Assembly: GCA_964646575.1 (NCBI GenBank)
Contig: CAZYFT010000001.1
Coordinates: 8,118 to 72,117, forward strand
Reading direction: 5' to 3'
DNA length: 64,000 nucleotides
Origin: an uncultured Candidatus Saccharibacteria bacterium
GTDB lineage: Bacteria > Patescibacteriota > Saccharimonadia > CAILAD01 > GCA-016700035
The position numbers and the translations under genes were made by a program. Shown piece by piece: positions 28,241-36,585 of the stretch. The notes beneath the pieces are model-generated. The model searched no databases. It was given only the letters and a program-made list of their open reading frames with translations, and was not told where the DNA came from. Positions within the stretch are counted from its first letter, which is position 1. Every line of letters begins with the position of its first letter.

Positions 28241-29462
28241 ATTTTTTCAGCGTTCTCATGTAAATTTCTTCAAGTTTGGCTGCCTGTCTATCAATAGTAA
28301 ATTCAGAAGCTTTATTGTGGGCGGCGTCCCCCATCTTTTTGCGTAATTTTGGGTCATGAGCAAGCTTGAGTAGGGCCTTGCTGAATGCTTCAGGCTTTGG
28401 CGGGGCGAGTATACCGGATATAGCATCTTCGGCGACCAGGGAAATGTCGGGATCGGAGTAAACAAGGGGTACACGCATGTAGGCGGCCTCATTGAGCACA
28501 AGTGCTTGGGTATCGGTCATAGATGGGAATGCAAAAATGTCGGCGTAATTATAGCGCTCCAGGGCTTCTTTTCTTGGGAGGCCCCCAGTAGTGACTACGG
28601 CGCGACTGATGCCCAGTTCGCGAACTCGAGAACGCATATGTGGGAGGTATGGGCCTGGGCCCACAACACAAAGCCGAAGAGAGTCATCTTGCCTGTAGGC
28701 AAGAGAGAAGGCCTTTAAGAGTACGTTCATATTTTTTTCTTTCGCTACTCGACCGACATAGAGTATCGTTGTAGTTTTATCATCTTTACGCTGTGTAGAA
28801 TTGCCGTTACGAGGAAATTCATGAGGATTCATCCCTGTTGGGAGAATATTTATTGGTCGAGTTACCCCATAGCTTATGAGTTTGTCTTGCATCTTAGCCG
28901 AAGGAACAATAATTTCGTCGAAGTGGTCCACGGATGCCCGAATGAGATTTTGCACCATTGTTTGGTTCCATTGCTCGAAGGAGCGCTTTGGTCGTACTCC
29001 TTGTAGGGTTTCTGGCCAGGCCTTTGGTTGCTTTACAAGTAGCGGACCGATAAGTGAGGCGGTGAGGATCCCGGCCCACATGCCACGATAGACTTTAGCG
29101 TACTCTTCGTAGTCGGTGTGGTAGCTAAAAACAGACGGAATATTTCCCTCAAACATGAGTCGCATGCCGGCAAGTCCGGTTTGCCCATTGGTATGGAAGT
29201 GGTAGAGGTCGGCGTTAAGCTCCTTAATAATTCGGCCGTATTTTGGTGTGAGAATACCGTCACGCAAGCCTTTATGCCATACACTAGGGATAGAAGGTAG
29301 GCGAATGACGTCAGGATGGTCATGTACGGGTACGTCGCTGCCAGGAGCGACTATATAGACCCTGTGACCTCGGTCGCGCAGAGCGTTGGCAAAGAGATCA
29401 ATGGCGGCAGTAACCCCGTTGAGTGACGGGGTATAAAAATCCGTAAAGAATACTATCTTCAT
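28233..29462 (-). CDS. GT4 glycosyltransferase, diacylglycerol glucosyltransferase-like
   Basis: FTDFY.P..NGV, YHTDYEEY, VGRVAKEKN, TDTQALVLNEA. Confidence 0.8.
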   Translation of the reverse strand: MKIVFFTDFYTPSLNGVTAAIDLFANALRDRGHRVYIVAPGSDVPVHDHPDVIRLPSIPSVWHKGLRDGILTPKYGRIIKELNADLYHFHTNGQTGLAGMRLMFEGNIPSVFSYHTDYEEYAKVYRGMWAGILTASLIGPLLVKQPKAWPETLQGVRPKRSFEQWNQTMVQNLIRASVDHFDEIIVPSAKMQDKLISYGVTRPINILPTGMNPHEFPRNGNSTQRKDDKTTTILYVGRVAKEKNMNVLLKAFSLAYRQDDSLRLCVVGPGPYLPHMRSRVRELGISRAVVTTGGLPRKEALERYNYADIFAFPSMTDTQALVLNEAAYMRVPLVYSDPDISLVAEDAISGILAPPKPEAFSKALLKLAHDPKLRKKMGDAAHNKASEFTIDRQAAKLEEIYMRTLKKYG

Positions 29463-30481
29463 GAGTAGTCACCAGCAAGGCTCTTGTAGAGGGTTTCGTA
29501 GCGATGTACAAGTGTCTTTGAGGCGTAACGAAGGGCGAGTTCTTCTGAAAATTTCTGTTGTTTTTTATACATCGCAGGTTTTGTAATGAGGTCAACAATG
29601 TGTCCAACAAACTCTTTATTCGTTTTTCCTTGTAAATAGGTGCCAGCAAAAATGTCTTTATATACGGGGATATCCCGCAAGATTACTGGTAGGCCACAGG
29701 CAGCGGCTTCAACTACCACGAGTCCAAATGTTTCTTGGTAGGAGGGTAGCCAAAATACGTCAGCTAGGTGGTAGAGTTTGCGGGCTGTTTCAAGTTCGAC
29801 AACACCTGTAAAGGTTACGTTTTCTGGGGCTGTGGCCATCATCTGTTCCATATCGGCGGTTTTATCAGCGAATTTACCAAACGGAATGCCGCCAATCCAG
29901 AGAAAATGATAATCAGTAAGCTGTTCGGCTACTAAGCGCCAATCAGCCACACCTTTACGCGGTTGTACCTGGCCGCTGCAGACAATCACAGGCTTATCAG
30001 CCGGCACATTAAAGTGGCGACGCAGGGCTGAGAGTTCGTGCTCGGCGGGACGCTTGAAGTGAGATAGCTCCACCATATTTGGTATGACGCTCATAGGTTT
30101 GTGAATACCGAGTTCTCGGAGCTCCATCTCGGTATTGGGGCTCACGCAAATGATGTGGTCGGCCTGATTGTAGACAAACTTGAGGTACCAGCGCGCAAAA
30201 GGTGCCCACAGCTTGGCGGCCTTGAGACTACCGATGAAAGACTCAGGGGTAACGTGGGCATTAATCACTCGCCCGTGGGTGGCTTGGCGGAATTTGCGCC
30301 ATCCGTAAGGCCCGACAGTGTGTACGTGTACAATATCGGTTGGGCGCTTGGAGTTTATTTTTACAGAATAATCGGTATAGCTCTTAAGGGCATTAACATG
30401 CTCTTCGAAGGCCGTGTGAACACCGTGCCCGCGAACAGTAAACACGCTCTCGCTAACGACATTCACGCTAAGTTGTTTCAT
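29459..30481 (-). CDS. GT4 glycosyltransferase, CpoA/DGS-like
   Basis: GHGVHTAF, DIVHVHT.GP, HVTPESFIGS, GQVQPRKGV, RDIPVY. Confidence 0.8.
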   Translation of the reverse strand: MKQLSVNVVSESVFTVRGHGVHTAFEEHVNALKSYTDYSVKINSKRPTDIVHVHTVGPYGWRKFRQATHGRVINAHVTPESFIGSLKAAKLWAPFARWYLKFVYNQADHIICVSPNTEMELRELGIHKPMSVIPNMVELSHFKRPAEHELSALRRHFNVPADKPVIVCSGQVQPRKGVADWRLVAEQLTDYHFLWIGGIPFGKFADKTADMEQMMATAPENVTFTGVVELETARKLYHLADVFWLPSYQETFGLVVVEAAACGLPVILRDIPVYKDIFAGTYLQGKTNKEFVGHIVDLITKPAMYKKQQKFSEELALRYASKTLVHRYETLYKSLAGDYS

Positions 30482-30559
30482 ACCCTAAATCCTACCATAT
30501 TTCTCCAGAAAGCTTGAGCATTTACGCATTGTTAGTAAAATGGTATAATGCATGTTCTT

Positions 30560-30962
30560 GGGGCTGACTATTAGCTTCGACAGGGTGATCATTGACAAGC
30601 ATAACTTGCAGGCCGGGTTGAGATGAACGTTATCCGTCTCAAACCAATAAGTGTAAACTCACTTGCAAGCAAGGTACGCAGTGCTTTTTCAGCACCCGCT
30701 CTTGCACCAGCTTTCGCCTAAACCCGAAAGCCATCCAGTAAGCTTACGCCAACTGTAGCTTCGTCGGGTGTTATACTTTTGTTGGCTGCCCATGATGTGT
30801 TCTGCGTCCGCAGCATGGTAAGTTACCAGATTGCAGGAAAGGCTCGGGGATTGGTTCGCTTGTTCTCCCGTCGTCTTTCTCAAAACACGTAAGCGAACTA
30901 AGCTTGTAGACAGTATGCGAGTCACACACTGGACGAGGGTGCGATTCCCTCCAGCTCCACCA
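30560..30962 (+). ncRNA. ssrA: tmRNA
   Basis: GGGGCTGA..TTCGAC start; GGACGAGGGTGCGATTCCCTCCAGCTCCACCA end; tag ORF 30653-30721 ending PAFA; TATAAT upstream. Confidence 0.95.
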
Positions 30963-31069
30963 TAAAGAGATCAGCGATTTTTGTTGGTCTTTTTATTTTT
31001 GGTCAAGATTTATTGATATGCCTTCTTGGGGGAAACCAGATATACTAGAAGGTAACAAAGGAGGCGATC

Positions 31070-31872
31070 ATGACAATGCCAATCGATTTAGTCCTGGTTC
31101 GTCACGGCCAGTCAGAGCAGAATAAAGCCTTAAAAGCAGTGAGGAGTGGCAATCAGTCGCTTATTACTCACGGGTTTTTACATACCCCAGATTCTCAATT
31201 TCGTTTAAGTGCGCTTGGGAGAGAGCAGGCTCAGATAACCGGCAGATGGTTACAGGAGAAAGGATTGGGCTTTTTTGATAGGCGCTACGTTTCAGATTAT
31301 GCTCGTGCCAAAGAAACAGCAGCGCTCCTGGATTTGGAGGGTCCAAATTGGTATGTTGAGCCTACTTTGCGTGAGCGTGAATGGGGTGTTCTTGATTCGT
31401 TAAGCTGGGAAGAGCGTGAAGAAAAGATGATTGTTGAATCACGCAAAAAGGAAACGGACCCGTTCTATTGGGTTCCACCTAACGGTGAATCTATCGCTCA
31501 AATGACGGTGCGCCTGCGAGGACTTCTCGACACGCTCCACCGCGAGTGCAGTGATAAGCGGGTTATTGTAGTGTGTCATGGAGAAGTTATGTGGGGTATG
31601 CGTTTTATGCTTGAGAGGATGTCGACTACGAAGTGGATACAATTGGAGCGTTCGCAAGAACCAGGAGTAAGAATATATAATTGCCAAGTACTGCATTATA
31701 CCCGGCGTAATCCCGAAACGGGGAGCTCTCGGCTCACTTTGATTGGATGCGCTCAGAGTGCCCTCAACAGCCAGAGAATTGTGGTCCTGGGTGGCAGCAA
31801 GTCGCGCGCGAGACGTTTTCGAATGAAGAACTCTTGCTGCAAGCTGAAAAATCTCCACATTTGTTTGAGTAA
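31070..31872 (+). pseudogene. Histidine phosphatase (phosphoglycerate-mutase-like) with apparent frameshift at ~31720-31723
   Basis: RHGQS, LREREWG, GES, CHG motifs; -1 frame continues ELSAHFDWMRSECP...SNEELL to TAA at 31872. Confidence 0.7.
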
Positions 31873-31988
31873 ATTCATTATCATGGTGACTCGAAAGAGC
31901 TACTTTTTTATATATAATGCTTAAGGTTGTAAAAAACGCATCATAATTGTATAAATATACTGTTTCGTACCTCGAAGAAAGTAGAATC

Positions 31989-32351
31989 ATGAGCTGTATT
32001 ACTCTCGATATTTGGAAGAACCACGAGGGGACTGGTAGATGGAAGCTCGTTTGCTCTGAAGAGCTATTCGTACCAGATCTACTCCAGAAAACTGATTACA
32101 CCGCTGATGAGTTAGCAAGTTTGGAGAAGGCGCTTTTCCCAGCTGGCAAGCAGATTGTTCTCGCTCTCGGGTTGTTTTATGGCGTCACAACCCACTTCAA
32201 CGTGGATGAGCCATGTGCCGTCGAATTTTCTGTCCCACCAGACGTTGATCCAGCCCTAGTCGAGGTGTCATATCGACAACGTATCGACAGCCTTTCGGTT
32301 TCGATGGTATTCGAATCAGGAAAGACACTTGTAGGAAGTTATCGAGACTGA
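31989..32351 (+). CDS. Hypothetical protein
   Basis: 120-aa ORF adjacent to next ORF. Confidence 0.6.
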   Translation: MSCITLDIWKNHEGTGRWKLVCSEELFVPDLLQKTDYTADELASLEKALFPAGKQIVLALGLFYGVTTHFNVDEPCAVEFSVPPDVDPALVEVSYRQRIDSLSVSMVFESGKTLVGSYRD

Positions 32352-32360
32352 GGAGGCACC

Positions 32361-32639
32361 ATGTCCTATGCATATCCAATCCTCGATGGATGTACGCGCC
32401 ATGAGAATGGTGAATTCACCCACAATGCATGCGGTACCAAGATCATGACTGCCACTGTGCGTCATTCAGTACATGATGGTCCATTTCCGCTTTCTGGTAG
32501 CGGAGATGTAGAGCTTGAACTTGTGCCGTATTGTCCTACTTGCGAGGAAAAGCCGAGCGAGCATGGCGCCCCGGTGGGCCGACGACAAGTGGATGTTGAC
32601 GAAGCGGCAATTCTGCGACGGATGCGCGAACAGCGCTAA
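32361..32639 (+). CDS. Small putative zinc-ribbon protein
   Basis: GGAGG SD; HNAC...CPTC; followed by terminator acaggc..gcctgt-T run (32645-32676). Confidence 0.65.
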   Translation: MSYAYPILDGCTRHENGEFTHNACGTKIMTATVRHSVHDGPFPLSGSGDVELELVPYCPTCEEKPSEHGAPVGRRQVDVDEAAILRRMREQR

Positions 32640-32776
32640 TTTCTACAGGCAGCTTTATTGAGCTTGCCTGTTTTTTACTTACTGAATTATGTTATGCGAA
32701 ATCTGCTCATGGTTGACTATGGCCTTTTTGAGAGTAAATACTGGGAGGGTTATTGTACCTTTTCCGAGGAGTAGCT

Positions 32777-33181
32777 ATGGAGCAGGCGACCCTTACGGAG
32801 CCGGCAAGACTCATAGTCGAACCCGACTTTACTAGAGATGGTGGTTGGAGGTTGACGTTTTCCAAGCCACTAGTTAACGCGGACAAATGGGCCGCACGCC
32901 GAGCGAGAAAGTTGAGTGCCTGTGAAGTTCAGGAGATGGCGCGTGGAGTACATTTTACCTACGACGGTGGCTTGATATTGCGCACCTTCCTCAATGAGGG
33001 GTGTCGTATCGAGGTGCTGGTTGATCCTGACGCTCCCAACATGTTGTTGATCGAGCCGACCGAAGAGGAGATAGACAGTATCAGCCTTGAAATTAGTTTT
33101 CGTTGCTGCATCAGTATGATTTCTGATGCTTTTAAGTTTGAGCGCCTGCTCGAAGTTGAGGTGCGCTATATCGAGCTGTAG
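32777..33181 (+). CDS. Hypothetical protein
   Basis: GAGGAG SD; followed by hairpin gtagtcctat/atagggctac plus T run. Confidence 0.65.
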   Translation: MEQATLTEPARLIVEPDFTRDGGWRLTFSKPLVNADKWAARRARKLSACEVQEMARGVHFTYDGGLILRTFLNEGCRIEVLVDPDAPNMLLIEPTEEEIDSISLEISFRCCISMISDAFKFERLLEVEVRYIEL

Positions 33182-33363
33182 CAGGTCGATTCTCACGGGT
33201 AGTCCTATGTATATAGGGCTACTTTTTACTAGTCTGGCGCTTAGCTTCGGTGATGTAGTCGTAGAACTAAACTCAACTTTACTAGACGAAAATCTTCTTC
33301 TGGTAGAAGCTTATGGTGGACGAAGCGCGCATGGTCTTCTCATAATCAGTAATAGGAGAGAAC

Positions 33364-34077
33364 ATGATGGGTTTAGACATCAATATTCACAGCGCTCAGA
33401 CGAGCATCTTGCGAGAGTTGCTATTTCACCCGCAGGCGAACTATGCGGCGCTGCAAAAGCCAACTGGCTTAACTAGTGATCATTTTAATTTTCATATTTC
33501 TCGGTTGGTTGAGCTGGGTCTAGTGAAGAAGACGGCTCGTGGTATGTATTCGCTCACGATTCAGGGTAAGGAGTATGCGAATCGACTGGATACCGATAAT
33601 AATACGGTGGAGCGGCAGCCAAAGACGGCGGTTTTACTGGCGATTGAGCGTGATGTGGGCGGTAAGCGCCAGTGGGTGTTTCAGCAACGCTTAAAGAACC
33701 CGTATTTTGGCTTTTGGGGATTGCCGAGTGGCAAGATTCGTTGGGGTGAAACGGTTGTGCAAACGGCCGAACGGGAAAGCCTGGAGGAAACTGGGTTGAG
33801 TGCGGATTGGCGAGTGGCTGGCGTGTATCACGAGATAGTCGTGCAGAAGGAAACAGGCGAGATGCTGGAAGATAAAATATTCTTTGTGGTGCATGGCACG
33901 AATCCGAAAGGCGACTTACAGGAGGATTTTGAGGGCGGACATAATGAGTGGCTCGTTCGGGAGAGGGCGAATGTGCAAGAAAAGATATTTGATAGCTTTA
34001 ATATCGAGCTCGATATGGTAGACAGTGGTGAGTGGCTGGTAGAGCGGACAACGAGCTATAGCCAGGATGTATTTTAA
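33364..34077 (+). CDS. wHTH-NUDIX fusion protein
   Basis: N-terminal HTH (SDHFNFHISRLVELGLV); Nudix box GKIRWGET..AERESLEETGL. Confidence 0.85.
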   Translation: MMGLDINIHSAQTSILRELLFHPQANYAALQKPTGLTSDHFNFHISRLVELGLVKKTARGMYSLTIQGKEYANRLDTDNNTVERQPKTAVLLAIERDVGGKRQWVFQQRLKNPYFGFWGLPSGKIRWGETVVQTAERESLEETGLSADWRVAGVYHEIVVQKETGEMLEDKIFFVVHGTNPKGDLQEDFEGGHNEWLVRERANVQEKIFDSFNIELDMVDSGEWLVERTTSYSQDVF

Positions 34078-34158
34078 GCTTGCATTCCTGGGGTGAGGGG
34101 CTACAATGGCACAATATAGTTTGTACCTTGTAGCTTCTCACTCCTTGGAGGTCTGACG

Positions 34159-34479
34159 ATGTCGACTGTTGTAGGTTTCTTGATGATTGGTGTGTCGGTG
34201 ACCTGTGCATTTGTGATATTCGCTGCTCTGGATGAGAGGCCTCCGCCATCTGAGAGCGTAGCCCAGAAGCTTAGGGGTGGCTTAGTAGGAGCAGCTTTGC
34301 TGTTAGTGCCGGGGCTAGCCTTACTTGAGAGCCTTTCGCTCATCATGGCAACAGTAGGAGTCTTGTTGTTGATATGGTCTTCACGACGTGAAGATAAGAT
34401 CACTTCATTCGTAGCTGTGGGGTTCATGGGGTTCTCGCTAGCAATTCAATACAGCTGGGTCTTTCAGTCTTCCTCTTAG
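34159..34479 (+). CDS. Small multi-TM protein
   Basis: GGAGG SD; 3-4 hydrophobic helices. Confidence 0.6.
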   Translation: MSTVVGFLMIGVSVTCAFVIFAALDERPPPSESVAQKLRGGLVGAALLLVPGLALLESLSLIMATVGVLLLIWSSRREDKITSFVAVGFMGFSLAIQYSWVFQSSS

Positions 34480-34489
34480 TTGAGGAGGG

Positions 34490-36244
34490 CTAATTTGTAA
34501 TTATGACAGTCTTTTCACGGGCCATACTTTGAATACCGGTATTGGTAATAATGAAGTTCTGCAGTATCCAGGTTCCAGTGGAGAGGCTGGCAGTCGAAAT
34601 ATCTTGCCGTAGGCTCCGCGTGCCACTTGGAGTGAGCCCACTAGCAATAGTGATTGATTGATTTGTAGATGTATTTATAGCTCGTGTTGTGCAGGTTACA
34701 TCAACAAGTATAGATGTACAGGTAGAGTTAAATTTATCAAACTCATAATCTGTGAGTTCTGTATCGAGTTCGCTAAGAGATATGCGTGAGGCAGAGAGTG
34801 GTGAACCTATAGACGTTGTAGCAGATACATCATTAAGTGCTCCATAGGTGTTGAGAAGGCCATGCCCGTAGAGATTCGTGAAGTTTATATTGTTCATGGG
34901 TGCAAGTTTAGTGGCAGTTCCCGTTAGAGCGACACTGACTTGAGTGGGTGTAAGCGTGGGGTTTTGCGAAAGCAGTAGCGCTGCAGCGCCAGCAACAAGA
35001 GGGCTAGAGAATGATGTTCCGTTCAAGCCACAGGCGTTAAGGCCGGATTGTGCGGCGTTAGTCCATACTGTTGAGCACAACCCAGCGCCAGGAGCAACTA
35101 GATCTAAATTATTTCCATAATTGGAGAAACTGGCAATTGAATTGTCGGCATTCGTGGCCCCAACTGCAATTACATCTGGATACCGAGCGGGGTAGGAAAT
35201 ACAGTTACAGCCATCGTTCCCAGATGCAGCCACCACGACTACTCCATTTTGTGTTGCGTAATCTATTTGTTCGGACACCAAAGGGTCGTCAGCTTCTGCG
35301 CCTAAGCTCATATTGATGATACTCGCACCTTGGTCTACTGCATAACGTATACCGAGTGCTACAGATATTGTGTAGCCATCTCCATAATCATCAAGAGCTT
35401 GAATGGGCAGGATTTTAGCACCCCAGCTCATACCAGCGCCGCTAGCGTTGTTGTTGGCTTGTGCGGCAATTAGGCTTGATACAGTCGTGGCATGGTATGC
35501 ACCACTGGCGGTAGGGGCGGTTTGGCCGGCACTTACATTGTTGGTGTCGTCGCTAAAATTCCAGCCAAGGTAATTATCTATATAGCCATCGTTATCATCG
35601 TCGAGATTATTACAGCGTTTATCAACAGATAGGGAACGACTGGTACAGTTGGGGGCTGGGCCTTCGGTGGTGGTTGTACCAACTTCAGCAGCGTTTTCTG
35701 CCCACTTATTCGTTAAATCTGTTACTTGCAGGCCAAATCCGGTGTCTATCACTGCTATCGTTACGTCAGAATTGCCAGATTGATGGTTCCAAGCTGGAAG
35801 GGTATTGGTGTTTGTGAGGTGCCATTGGTTTGAAGCGAGGGGGTCAGTTGGAGTGAGAAAAGCAGAATAGCGCTGGTTAATAAAAGTTTTTACCCCTGAA
35901 GTCGCAATAATATTTTGGGCACGCACACCATACACACCCAAGGCTTCAATATATTTTAAATCAGATAGCTCAAGATTGTTTGCAGTGAGGAATTCTTCCT
36001 GCGCTAATTCATCTTGAAAGCGGAGGATGTATTGTGTGTTCTTAGACTCTATGTGGGCCGAATTTCCATCAAGAGATTGGGTGTTTTCTAGGCTTACAGG
36101 TTGTAAGCTTTCTTTAGCAGGGGCATTGGGTGGATTCGGCAGAGGGTCCCCCGGAGCATGAACTGGAGTAGCGAACAGTATAAGGAGTAATCCAGCGCTA
36201 ATCCCTGCCGTTGAGAGTTTTGCGTTTCGCAGGTGTAATTTCAT
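34490..36244 (-). CDS. Secreted S8 subtilisin-like serine protease
   Basis: Signal peptide; IAVIDTG, YHATTV, INMSLG, AASGN, GTSFSSP. Confidence 0.92.
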   Translation of the reverse strand: MKLHLRNAKLSTAGISAGLLLILFATPVHAPGDPLPNPPNAPAKESLQPVSLENTQSLDGNSAHIESKNTQYILRFQDELAQEEFLTANNLELSDLKYIEALGVYGVRAQNIIATSGVKTFINQRYSAFLTPTDPLASNQWHLTNTNTLPAWNHQSGNSDVTIAVIDTGFGLQVTDLTNKWAENAAEVGTTTTEGPAPNCTSRSLSVDKRCNNLDDDNDGYIDNYLGWNFSDDTNNVSAGQTAPTASGAYHATTVSSLIAAQANNNASGAGMSWGAKILPIQALDDYGDGYTISVALGIRYAVDQGASIINMSLGAEADDPLVSEQIDYATQNGVVVVAASGNDGCNCISYPARYPDVIAVGATNADNSIASFSNYGNNLDLVAPGAGLCSTVWTNAAQSGLNACGLNGTSFSSPLVAGAAALLLSQNPTLTPTQVSVALTGTATKLAPMNNINFTNLYGHGLLNTYGALNDVSATTSIGSPLSASRISLSELDTELTDYEFDKFNSTCTSILVDVTCTTRAINTSTNQSITIASGLTPSGTRSLRQDISTASLSTGTWILQNFIITNTGIQSMAREKTVIITN

Positions 36245-36585
36245 GCCTGCAATGTCGTTAAGGTGATCATTACGACCCCACAGACGTAATGATCACCAGC
36301 TACTTTATATTGCTGTATGAATGAATGATTTTGTACTGAAGACTGGAAGCAAATAGGTCTTACCAGTATTTTTTTATTGTTAAGTTTAGTGTTTTTGTGT
36401 AGCATTTGATGTTTACGTTTAAGCTTGTTGTATGTATTGCTCTCTACTTTATATACATATGACTGCAGAGACAATAGTTTTTATGCTTAAATGAGTTTTT
36501 TTGACGCAAAAAAGTATTCATTTTGTTCTTCTTGGTATGATATAGTGATTGTGAGTTACATAAGCGTTTCATACGCAAAAAAGTC

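Noticed and set aside
30963-36244. Integrated island or integron cassettes after tmRNA
   Set aside because: No integrase, no duplicated tmRNA 3' end noticed, and hairpins look like terminators rather than attC sites
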